From contig CBDBZY010000003.1 of the NCBI GenBank assembly GCA_965213685.1, positions 192,001-256,000 of the forward strand: DNA of 64,000 nucleotides, read 5' to 3'. Below the pieces are notes generated by a model. It was not told where the DNA came from. It worked only from the letters and a program-made list of their open reading frames with translations, and made no database searches. The translations under genes were made by a program, and so were the position numbers. The stretch comes from a bacterium (GTDB lineage: Bacteria > UBA8248). This document shows, in pieces, positions 40,532 through 49,946 of this stretch. Each line of letters starts with the position of its first letter. Within the stretch, counting starts at the first letter, position 1.

Positions 40532-41677
40532 ATGTCTCTGATTCGCATCGCCATCGCTGGCGTCGGGAACTGCGCGAGCTCTCTGCTCCAGGGCATTGAG
40601 TACTACCGCCACCATCCAGAAGAAGAGTCGGGCCTCATGCACCGGAATCTGGGTGGCTACGCACCGGAGGACGTCCAGGTCGTGGCCGCTTTCGACGTCG
40701 ACGTCCGCAAGGTGGGCCAGCCGCTGCACGTCGCCGCCTTCGCCAGGCCCAACTGCACGAAGACGATTTGGGAGAACCTGCCCAACTACGGCGTGAACGT
40801 TCGGATGGGGCCCATCCTGGACGGGGTGGCTTCCCACATGGCGGAATACCCCTCAGATCGCTCCTTTCTGCCCGCCGAGACCGAAGCCTGCGACGTGGCG
40901 GCCGAGTTGCGCGAGAGCGGCGCGGAAATCCTCCTGAACTTCACGCCGGTGGGCTCGGAACAGGCGGCGCGTCATTATGCCGAGGCGGCCCTGGAGGCGG
41001 GCGTCTCCTTCGTCAACTGCATGCCCGTCTTCATCGTCTCGAACCCCGGGCTCGCAAGCCGCTTCACCGAGGCGGGCATCCCCGTGGTGGGCGACGACGT
41101 GAAGGCGCAGTTCGGCGCCACCATACTGCATCGCGCGCTCGCGAAGCTGTGCGTGGACCGGGGCGTGCAGATCAAGCGCACCTATCAGCTGAACACGGGC
41201 GGGAACACCGATTTTCTGAACATGCTGGAGCGATCCCGCCTCAAATCGAAGAAAATATCGAAAACCGACGCCGTGCAAAGCCAGCTGCCCGAGCCCCTGA
41301 ACGCGGACAACATTCACATCGGTCCGTCCGACTACGTGCCCTGGCAGGAGGACAACAAGATATGCTTCCTGCGAATCGAGGCGGAGGGTTTCGGCGGCGT
41401 GCCCCTGGAGATCGAGGCGCGCCTCTCGGTGGAGGACTCCCCCAATTCTGGGGGCGTCGTCATCGACGCCGTTCGCCTGACGCGCGTCGCGCGCGACCGG
41501 GGCGAGGCGGGGCCGCTCTACCCGGTCAGCGCCTACCTGATGAAGCATCCGCCGGTGCAGATGCCCGATTCCGTCGCGCGCCAGATGATCGATGAGTTCA
41601 TCGCGGGCGATCTGCGCGCGAGCGATCACGTCGAGTGCAACGGAAACGGCCTGCCCGCCAGATACGATCACAAGTAG
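40532..41677 (+). CDS. ino1: Inositol-3-phosphate synthase
   Basis: IAGVGNCASSL, GDDVKAQFGAT, QLNTGGNTDFLNM, HIGPSDYV, VEDSPNSGG. Confidence 0.95.
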   Translation: MSLIRIAIAGVGNCASSLLQGIEYYRHHPEEESGLMHRNLGGYAPEDVQVVAAFDVDVRKVGQPLHVAAFARPNCTKTIWENLPNYGVNVRMGPILDGVASHMAEYPSDRSFLPAETEACDVAAELRESGAEILLNFTPVGSEQAARHYAEAALEAGVSFVNCMPVFIVSNPGLASRFTEAGIPVVGDDVKAQFGATILHRALAKLCVDRGVQIKRTYQLNTGGNTDFLNMLERSRLKSKKISKTDAVQSQLPEPLNADNIHIGPSDYVPWQEDNKICFLRIEAEGFGGVPLEIEARLSVEDSPNSGGVVIDAVRLTRVARDRGEAGPLYPVSAYLMKHPPVQMPDSVARQMIDEFIAGDLRASDHVECNGNGLPARYDHK

Positions 41678-41754
41678 GCGCCCCGGCTTCGGGGCCTGCT
41701 CGCGTCCCGCGCCCCGGCTTCCGCCGCCTGCCTGCCTGGAGAGCGCGCCGCCTC

Positions 41755-42165
41755 TCATCCGCCGCCGCAGGTTTCTCCCGCGCGCTCTGAAATCTCGATG
41801 CGAACCCCCTCCGGACCGCGGATGTAGGCTGTCGTTCGGCCCCCCATGCCCGAGGGCCCCGGCTCCCGGATGAAGTCCGCCCCGGCCGCCTTCAGCCGCC
41901 CCGCCAATTCGTGGACGTCGGCGGCGGCGAACGAGAAGTGGTCGAGGCCCATGACGGCGTCCGGGTGGTTTTCTCCCGTCGCCTCGCCCGGCCGCACCCC
42001 CCGGAGGAAGAGCCTGGCGCAGCCTACGCGGACGACGGCGTTGGGTGCCCCGTGGAAGTTTTCCTCCCGGTAGACGACCTCGCCGTCAAAGACGCTCTCA
42101 AAGTAGGCGACCATCGCCTCCAGGTCCCGGCAGATGATGTGCACGTGATCGAAGGACAGGCGCAT
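41755..42165 (-). CDS. VOC/glyoxalase family protein
   Basis: FDHVHI, GLDHFSF, GPEGVRIE. Confidence 0.88.
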   Translation of the reverse strand: MRLSFDHVHIICRDLEAMVAYFESVFDGEVVYREENFHGAPNAVVRVGCARLFLRGVRPGEATGENHPDAVMGLDHFSFAAADVHELAGRLKAAGADFIREPGPSGMGGRTTAYIRGPEGVRIEISERAGETCGGG

Positions 42166-42287
42166 GGGCGTTCTCCTTTTTTTCCGGGCCCGGGCGTCAC
42201 GTTCGGGGGCGGGTTCGTTTCGCCCGGGCGGGTCGCGTGGTGAAACGCTCCTCCCAGTGTAGAATACACCGAAAAAAGGAGACGGCC

Positions 42288-43190
42288 ATGCGCGGAATGC
42301 AAAAGGTGCCCGCGAGATGGAAGACGGGGTTGCGCCGCGTGGCGCGCGGTGCCTACGCCTACGTCCAGGCGGGCGGGCTGAACGTGTCGAACGCCGGCCT
42401 CGTCGTGGGGGACGCCGAAGCCCTCGTCGTCGACGCGCTGTATGTGCGGTCGATGACGCAGGCCTTTCAGCTGGCGATTCAGAAAGCGACAAAAAAGCCG
42501 GTGCGGAAAATCGTCTGCACCCACCACCATGCGGATCACACCCTGGGGCTCGCCTGGTTTGATCGGAACATCCCCGTCATCGCCCACCGACGCATGCGCG
42601 AGCGGATGGAGGAAACCGGGCTCGACCTCGCCCACTACCGGAGCGTGAACCCCGAGTGGGCCGGGGAGCTCAAAGGACTCAGGCAGCACCTCCCCACCAT
42701 CACCTACGAGGGGGGGATGACGCTGCACTTGGGCGGGCGCGCCGTGGAGCTGCACCATCTGGGACATGCGCATTCAAAGGGCGACACCATCGTCTATCTG
42801 CCTGCGGAGCGGGTGCTCTACACGGGCGACGTCTGCTTTCATTTCGTGACGCCCGCCACGTTTGACGGCCACGTCGGCGGGTGGATTCGAATCGCCGAGA
42901 GAATCCTGAAATCCTTTCCCGTCGAGGTCATCGTTCCCGGTCACGGGCCGCCGGGGGACAGGCGGGCGCTCCAGGAGACCTTGGGCTACCTCCGGCTGGT
43001 GCGCCGGGAGGCGAAGAAGCGCTTCGAGAGGGGGATGCCCGCCGGGCGCGCCGCGCGGGAGATTCCCCTGGGCGGGTATGCGGGCTGGATGAAGCCGGAC
43101 CGCGTGGAGCAGGCGGTGATGAAGCTCTACAACGAGTTCCGGGGCAAGGGCGAGGAGGGCATATCCCTTCACGCCGCCCGGGGCGGGTGA
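42288..43190 (+). CDS. MBL-fold metallo-hydrolase (cyclase-like)
   Basis: SNAGLVVG, THHHADH, AHSKGD, TGD, VPGHG. Confidence 0.92.
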   Translation: MRGMQKVPARWKTGLRRVARGAYAYVQAGGLNVSNAGLVVGDAEALVVDALYVRSMTQAFQLAIQKATKKPVRKIVCTHHHADHTLGLAWFDRNIPVIAHRRMRERMEETGLDLAHYRSVNPEWAGELKGLRQHLPTITYEGGMTLHLGGRAVELHHLGHAHSKGDTIVYLPAERVLYTGDVCFHFVTPATFDGHVGGWIRIAERILKSFPVEVIVPGHGPPGDRRALQETLGYLRLVRREAKKRFERGMPAGRAAREIPLGGYAGWMKPDRVEQAVMKLYNEFRGKGEEGISLHAARGG

Positions 43191-43202
43191 GGAGGCTCGG
43201 CG

Positions 43203-43331
43203 GCCGCTGCCCTGTCCGACCGGTGGCGGACGCGCCCGGATATGGTGAGCCGCCCGGGCCGAGCTTCTCTCCTTTTTCTCGGAACTCCTCCGCAGCCGCT
43301 GCCCTGTCCGACCCGTGGCGGACGCGCCCGG
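43203..43331. repeat. Pair of 37-bp direct repeats with internal palindrome (REP-like)
   Basis: GCCGCTGCCCTGTCCGACC(G/C)GTGGCGGACGCGCCCGG at 43203-43239 and 43295-43331, one mismatch, 55-bp spacer. Confidence 0.8.
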
Positions 43332-43386
43332 GCTCGAGGAGATTTCGTGGAGTTGAAAAGCGCCCTGGACAAAAGGAGATGATGGC

Positions 43387-44292
43387 ATGAGCCGTGTTGA
43401 CGAGACGGGGCAGACGGTGAGCGAACTCCGCAACCGCGAGGAGAGCGTGGAGGCTGCGGGCTATCGCTTCTACAATCGCTCGTGCCTGAGCATGCCGGAA
43501 TGCGCGGATGAGTCCATCGCACTCACGGTCACCTCTCCACCTTACTGGAACGCCATCGACTACGACATTCATACGAACCGGGGGAAAGGAGCGTGGCATC
43601 GGGAACGCGAATACGGGTCGTTCGGGAAAACCTTTGACGACTATCTCGTCCACGTTCAACAGGTATTCCGGGAAGTCCACAGGGCGACCCTGCCCGGCGG
43701 ATTCTGCGCCATCGTGGTGGGCACGATTCTGCACAAGGGCCGACACTATCCCGCGCCCATGCTGATTACGAGCCGCCTGCTAGACGTCGGATGGGACTTT
43801 CACCAGGACATCGTCTGGAACAAGGTGACGGGCGGCGTGAAGCGCGCAGGCTCCTTCATCCAGAACCCCAGGCCGGGATATTACTACCCGAACATCATGA
43901 CGGAATACATCCTGATATTTCGCAAGCCGGGCGAGCCGAGGCGAGGCGCCAAGCAGACGCTGGACATTGACGAACTCTTCAAGCGCGATATTGCGAACAA
44001 CGTATGGCACATCGCGCCTGTGCCCCCCAACGTCATAGACCACCCTTGTCCCTATCCCGAGGAACTGGTGCGCCGCCTGATCCTCCTCTACTCGCAAGAG
44101 GATGACGAGATTCTCGATCCGTTCCTCGGAAGCGGGCAGACGGCTATCGCGGCGTTGCGCGCGGGGAGGCGATGCGCAGGCTATGACATAGAAGCCGATT
44201 ATCTGAGGCTGGCGGAGAGTCGCATGCTGGAAGGCGGGTCCATCCGGAAATACAACCTTCTGCCTCGCTGGGAAAAGGTGGCGGCCAGATGA
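43387..44292 (+). CDS. Site-specific DNA methyltransferase (amino-MTase, beta class, probably m4C)
   Basis: Catalytic TSPPYW precedes HPCPYP..L..RLI and DPFLGSG. Confidence 0.93.
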   Translation: MSRVDETGQTVSELRNREESVEAAGYRFYNRSCLSMPECADESIALTVTSPPYWNAIDYDIHTNRGKGAWHREREYGSFGKTFDDYLVHVQQVFREVHRATLPGGFCAIVVGTILHKGRHYPAPMLITSRLLDVGWDFHQDIVWNKVTGGVKRAGSFIQNPRPGYYYPNIMTEYILIFRKPGEPRRGAKQTLDIDELFKRDIANNVWHIAPVPPNVIDHPCPYPEELVRRLILLYSQEDDEILDPFLGSGQTAIAALRAGRRCAGYDIEADYLRLAESRMLEGGSIRKYNLLPRWEKVAAR

Positions 44293-44909
44293 GCGGCTAC
44301 GCGCGGGAAAGGGGCACCTTCGAGCGATTGCGGTCCGATTGTTCACCGCAGGCCAAGCGGGAGTATGAGCGGGCGTTTAATGCCCTCATGGAACGCTACA
44401 ACACCATGATCTATGAGAATCGCTTTATCACCGGCGGTGCGGTGAAAGTGTTCACCTGCGCGCTTCTCTGCTCCGTGGGAATTGATTGTACGCTGTATGG
44501 CGATCAGTCAAAGTCGGGCGATATTCTCCTGCCGAACGACCGCAAATTGTCCGTCAAGGGAACGTTCACCGGGGGGCCGAACGACGTAAAATTGATGAAC
44601 AAACTGGGGGAAGGGCACAGGGAATGGAACACCGCCACCTTGTTCGTCATCTCAGAGGTGGGCATCGTCTATGGGGCACCCGACATGGTTGACCCTGAAC
44701 ATGTCAAGGATGTGAAAGACGGCACGGCCCTCAAGAAAGTTGCGGTCGTGAATCTGATGCGGGACGCCTCCAACGTGTTCGAGATGGAACTCGCACGCAA
44801 ACCGCCCACTGAAATGACGGGTTTCAGTCATAAAGCCAGCACTGCGGTCGCGCGCCGGATTCTGCTTCAAACGCAATCGGTCGCTTTGCTCCAGACGCTT
44901 CCGGGATGA
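44289..44909 (+). CDS. Putative restriction endonuclease (PD-(D/E)xK-like)
   Basis: 206 aa, ATGA-coupled to the MTase; GDILLPNDRKLSVKG resembles a D..(S)xK nuclease core; inferred from context and a weak motif. Confidence 0.55.
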   Translation: MSGYARERGTFERLRSDCSPQAKREYERAFNALMERYNTMIYENRFITGGAVKVFTCALLCSVGIDCTLYGDQSKSGDILLPNDRKLSVKGTFTGGPNDVKLMNKLGEGHREWNTATLFVISEVGIVYGAPDMVDPEHVKDVKDGTALKKVAVVNLMRDASNVFEMELARKPPTEMTGFSHKASTAVARRILLQTQSVALLQTLPG

Positions 44910-44910
44910 T
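44850..44910. repeat. 61-bp direct repeat, left copy (3' end of the putative nuclease gene)
   Basis: Identical to 53236-53296. Confidence 0.95.
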
Positions 44911-45069
44911 CCCCCCCTCCCCAGTGAGGTCGCTCTCCAACGCAAGCGTGTCCGTCTCTGTGGCGCTCGCACCCGCGCGTTCATGGCTGCCTCGACGTCC
45001 GGCAGCGGCCGGCCGTGAGCTGGGGGAGCCCGGCAGGTAGCGCTCGCCCAGCTCGGCGGCGAGGCCGCG

Positions 45070-45692
45070 CAAGGCCGGTAGCAGGCCCTCCATGCCGCGC
45101 CCGTCGTCGTCGTAGCACAGCAGAAGCGCACCGTCTGCCCGCTCTTCGCTCACCTCTATGCAGGGGTCGCCGCCGATGCGGTGCGCATTGGCGTTGGCGA
45201 CATGCATGCAGGTCTCGGCGCGCGGCGCGCGGGATATGGCCGAACGCCAGGCAGCGGCCTTGGGCCGGGGCGCGATGGGGTCGCCCCGGCCCAGCACCTG
45301 CTCGGAGAAGGGGGTCCAGACCGCGTCCGCGAAGTCGCCGCCGAGGGTGGCCAATCCGGCCACGGCGTGCCAGAGCAGGAGGAAGCCGGCCAGCACCAGC
45401 ACGCCGCCGTTGAAGACGAAGAGCATGTCGCCGAGCACGGCGTGGCGGGCGACATCCACATCGCTCAGGAAGGAGAGCAGGTCGCGGGTGGCGTTGTCCG
45501 CGGTCGCGAATATGTCCGGGTCGATGGTCTGGGCGTCCGCAGCACCGGAGACCAGGCCGGAGGCGCCGAGGGAGAACTCCCGCCGGAGCGCGCGCGCACG
45601 CTTTGCCCCAGGCGCCGGGCGGCCTGGCGCATGTCGTGCAGGCAGCGGCCAAGCTCGGGCGCGAAGAGGAAGCGCAGGAGACGCATGCTCAT
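45070..45692 (-). pseudogene. DotA/TraY family N-terminal remnant, internally deleted
   Basis: DIFATADNATRDLLSFL..LGDMLFVFNGGVLVLAGFLLLWHAVAG..GDFADAVW..AETCMHVAN resembles DotA/TraY N-terminal segments; ATGA-coupled to a TraW-like fragment. Confidence 0.55.
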
Positions 45693-45960
45693 CGGGGCGC
45701 CGCCCCGGGATCGGTGAGGTCCGGCAGGCGGCGCATCTCCTCGGTCGCGAGAGCCAGCCGCGCCGCCTCCATAGCGCCCCTGCGCTCGTCCATCCTGAAG
45801 CGCTCCCAGTCGAGCATGAGCGAGATGGAGGTCAGCATCGCCAGCTCGCGGAGCAGGTTGTCCGTGGACATTTCCTGCAACGCCACGAACCGGCCGGGAT
45901 CCTCGAAGCGGCGGATCGCCAGCAGCTCCAGCAGCGCGTAGCGGCTGACCGGCGAATCGG
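45689..45960 (-). pseudogene. TraW/IcmX-like C-terminal remnant
   Basis: SRYALLELLAIRRFEDP..LQEMSTDNLLRELAMLTSISLMLDWERFRMDERRGAMEA; no credible N-terminus. Confidence 0.5.
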
Positions 45961-46019
45961 GGTCGGGTGCGCGCGTCTGCGCCGCACCCCACGCTTTACC
46001 CCGCCCAATCTTCCCGGAG

Positions 46020-46441
46020 CGCCGCTCGCCGCCGTCGCCGAGACGGCCGTCTCCGCCTCCGCCGGTCCCGACGCCCTCGCCGAGGACAATGCCGCCGAGA
46101 CGGCACGCTGGTACCTGCCCGAGGCCATGCTTCGCCACGAGGGACGCACCGCGCCGGAAAACCTGCGCATCCTGGGCGCGCGCGGTGACTCGATGGAGCC
46201 TCTCATCGGCGAGGGCGACAGGATCGTCGTCGACCCTTCCTGCCGCACTCCCGTCACCGGCGAGATGGTCGTGCTGTGGGACGGCGGCGGCCTCGTGGTC
46301 AAGCGGGTCGGGAGGCTCCCCCGCTCAGAGCCTCCTGCGCTTCGACTGATCTCCGCAAACCCTGCGTACGAGCCCTACACATGCCTCGCCGACGAAGCCC
46401 ATATCGTCGGAAAAGTCGTCTGGACCATCAGGAGAGTCTGA
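46020..46441 (+). pseudogene. S24 peptidase domain of a LexA/CI-type repressor, N-terminal HTH missing
   Basis: RGDSMEP..GDRIVVD..VVKRV..LISANPAY..IVGKVVW. Confidence 0.78.
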
Positions 46442-46514
46442 GCGGTGCCGGGGCGGTTCGGACAACTTTGGCAGCCACAGCAAGGTCAACTACAAGTTGA
46501 TCAACGATCTCGTC

Positions 46515-46655
46515 CAGGCAACGGCTCGCCGATCGCGAAGGAGGGTCTGAAGCGGATCGCGCAGCTCTACAAGATCGAGGACTTGTACCGCGGCTCGGGC
46601 AGGAAGTCCGCCCGGCAGAGGTTCCGCCTTGAAATCCGGCAGACTCGGTCGGAAC
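46515..46655 (+). mobile_element. IS66 family transposase (TnpC) fragment
   Basis: GSPIAKEGLKRIAQLYKIE..RG..RLEIRQTRS matches the IS66 TnpC helical segment. Confidence 0.65.
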
Positions 46656-47067
46656 GGGAATCCGCCCTGCCGACAAAGCTCTCCATGGGCATCGACACGC
46701 CCCGGCCGGAGCGCCGGACACCGGCGAGTTGACGTGAACGGGCGCACTCGCTATCGTTGCGGAATTCTGCGCCGGCGTGGACGTTTCAGCGCCTGGAACC
46801 CGAGCGGATTGTCGGCGGCTCCTCTCGAAGCTGGCCGGTGATCGGCAACCGAAGCCGGAATGGCGACGGTGCGGGTTTTGCTATCCTTCGACCTGCCCGA
46901 GACTCGCCATGCGAACCTCGGGCCAGACAGGGAACTTGGGACGGTTGATGAGGTCGCTTTCGAGGGTGGCGAAGAGGCTCTCGGCCATCGCCCCGCCGCG
47001 AGCTTCGTCGCCGGCGGTACACTGGAATGACACGACACAATGCGGCTACAAGCGTTGCCTGGATGCC

Positions 47068-49156
47068 ATGTCAGGTAACGAGGGGATGGACAACGGGGGG
47101 GGGGGGGCGGCCAGCCATTCCTCCCCCTGGGCCTGCTGTTGCTGGCGCTGTCGACCGTCTTCGTCTTCGGCGGCGACCGGGGTCATTTCTACCGGCCCGG
47201 CCACCACGACTGGGTGTCGTCGGAGCATCTTGCGGTTGCCGTGAACCTCTCTCCCGAGCACGGCTTTCTGATGTTCCAGAGGCAGGTTCCGAATCCGGGG
47301 GGGGGGGGGGGGGCACTACCGGCTACAAGCCATACAACCGCTTTCCGATGGGCGGTTACGCACTCCTGAAGCTGGCCACTCTGCCCTTCGGCGACGACCT
47401 GTCGGCGGCGATCCACGCCGCCAGAATGCTGATGCTGCTGTTCTTCGCCGCCGCCGCGGCTCTGGCGTACCTTGCGATGCTCAGGCTCATCGATTCCACA
47501 TCCAACCGGTGGATCGCCCTGACGGCCACGCTCCTGGCGTTCTCTTCGCCCTACAGCCTGTATTACAACGACATGATCCACCCCAAGACGGCCATGGATC
47601 TGTTCGGGATCATGTTGACCTTTCACGGCATGGTCGTCTTCGTCCAGGAGGGCCGCTTCCGGCAGTTGCTGGCCAAGGCCTGCGTGTCGCTGCTGCTGGG
47701 CTGGCACGTCTTCGCGTTGCTTCTGGCGTTCATCGCGCTCGGCGTGGTCAGCGAGCTTGTCCGTGTGCGTTCGGCCGGGCCCGATCACGTCAGCCGGAAG
47801 CACTTGACGGCTTCGGCCGCCGCGCCCCTTCCCGGTCGTTACCTGACGCTCGGCGCGGTGGCGTTGCTTGTCGGCGTGTCGATCCTGACCTTCAATTTTG
47901 CCAATGAATGGCGTGCACTGAACGGTAGTCCCACACTGACGGAATTGCCGTCCTTCCGGTCGATGCTGAGGCGCATCGGGGTGGATACGGCCTACTACTA
48001 CGGTGGCCTGGACTGGCCGTCATTCCTGAAGTCGGAGTTCTCGCGCATCGGCGGCGGTATCTCGCTTCCCTTCTCCGTGGCGAGTCGCGTGAATGATGCC
48101 GCGGCGATAAATCCGACCACGCAGTGGGGACCGCAGGGCGCCATCATCGGCGGCGTCATGTCCATAGCGTGCCTGGCGTCCCTGATCGGCCTGACGCTTG
48201 TCCGCCGGCTCCGCCATTGGCTCCTGCTGGCGACCCTGGTGCTGTCCGGCTTCTGCTGGTCGCTGCCCATGCGCTACAACGTTGCCTTCCACGACTACGA
48301 GAGTCTGTTCCATCTCGGTATTCCGCTGGTCCTGTTCTCGCTCGTTCTGCTGGGCGTACGCCGCTTGGCCGGCGGCCGCGCGATCATCGGTCTGGCCATC
48401 GCCGCGTTGCTGGTTTTCGTTTCTTCCGCCTACGAGATGGGCCGGATCGGTCACGACGCGGAGACGGCGGATTTCCAGGAAGCGCTCGTCGCCGACTTCG
48501 AAGTCATCCGGGAAATCACGGCGGACAGGAGCGTCGCCATCGCGATGCACTACAACTCCGCCAAGGCAGTCACCCGGTTCGCCGGCGCGCGCCACGCGCT
48601 GCACTACTATCTGTCCGGAAACCTCATTGCATACAGCGGCACTCTCGATGAGACCGACTTCCTGCTCACACGCGACCGCGCCGCGGGAGTCCCCACGCTC
48701 ACCCCGGACAACCGGGTGATGTTTCTGTACGACTCGGCCAGCCTGATCGAGGCGTTCTGGTCGGCGTACCAGTCGATTCGGTCCGGCAGACCCGCGGGGC
48801 GCTCGCGCTTCGACATGTATCTCCATCGTTCCGGCGGCACCGGCACCAACACCTTGTCCTACGTCAAGGAACCACCGTGTTCCTGGAGAGACGTAAGGGG
48901 ACCGTTCTTTCTGAACATCATGCCCGTCGATCCGGACGACCTTGCGGAAGACTTTGCGCAGCGCGGGTTCGAGTCCCGTAATTTCGACTTCTTCGACGAA
49001 TCCGGTCTCATATTCTCCCGCGTGTGCATGGTGACCGTCGATCTTCCCGATTACGAAATCGCCAGTATCACCACCGGTCAGTTGGCCCCTCGGCCCCTTT
49101 TTTCCGGCAAGGACGAGGACAGATCATGGGAGGCAAGTTTCAATCTCGGCGAGTGA
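47068..49156 (+). CDS. Polytopic membrane protein, GT-C-like glycosyltransferase, split at two long poly-G tracts
   Basis: Three frames join at G13 (47095-47107) and G17 (47297-47313): LLLLALSTVFVFGGDRGHFYRPGHHDW../YKPYNRFPMGGY..YYNDMI..LLGWH..FHDYE; many TM helices plus a soluble C-domain. Confidence 0.65.
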
Positions 49157-49162
49157 CGGTGC

Positions 49163-49276
49163 CGGCCATCAAGGACGTCCGAGAAAAAAGATGACGCGAG
49201 CAGGCTCTCACGAAGCAGTTGGGGAGCAGACCGCATTTGTGCCAGCGGGGTGGGCTTAGTCGTAGTTCATGGAAGG
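49163..49276. repeat. 114-bp direct repeat, copy 1
   Basis: Matches 53123-53236 with 4 mismatches; offset 3960 bp. Confidence 0.95.
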
Positions 49277-49603
49277 GGAGTTGACCATTCAGTAGCATTG
49301 GCTCTTCTTTCAACCGCGCTTACCCATGCGGTTGATGAGGTAAGACGATACGCCTACGGTGGGATTGGCGCCTTTTTGACGGAGGAGCACAAAGAGCTGG
49401 TGCTACGTTGTGCCGCGGTGGCAGCGTATGAGCAGAGGCTGATTGAGAACTGTCGGAGAGAGGAAGAAGCTTTACCATACATGGAACGAACGAGAGAAGG
49501 CGAATTGGTGGAGCGCGCAAGGCCGGAGCTTAGAAGAGTAGTTGTGACGGGCGGGCTGAATAGCGTTAGGGAAATTGAGCTGTTAGACTTTGACGCTCCA
49601 TGA
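49163..49603 (+). pseudogene. Internal fragment of an unidentified helical protein
   Basis: Open frame WGADRICASGVGLVVVH..ALTHAVDEVRRYAYGGIGAFL..LVLRCAAVAAYE; lower GC, no convincing start. Confidence 0.4.
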
Positions 49604-49946
49604 GCGGGACGGACGCACTCCCCCCCCCCCCCCGTCGCAGATGGCGTAGTAGACCGTCGTCTCCGGGGTGGTAACCACAGCCCAGGAGCGGATCGCGGGG
49701 TGGTGGGTCATGCCGAACGCCAACTCTGCGGGCTGGGCTACGCCGATGGACGCATCTACTTCGTCACCCCGAAGCCGAACTACGTCTACGCGCTCCCTCC
49801 AGCGCGCAACCGAGGCGAGCAGCCCTGAAGGCGGTGCTCTACTTCGACGCCCTGCGGCTGGTCCGATGACGCCACGCATTTCCGTCCCGCCCCGGCGTTC
49901 GAGGCCGGGGTGGGGGGAATGGAAAGATGACCGAGAGGAAGAGAGG

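Noticed and set aside
43203-43331. Mini CRISPR array
   Set aside because: Only two repeats, a 55-bp spacer, no leader and no cas genes in the window
45158-46441. 427-aa S24 fusion protein
   Set aside because: Only the last roughly 130 aa are S24-like; the upstream part is the antisense shadow of the TraY/TraW remnants
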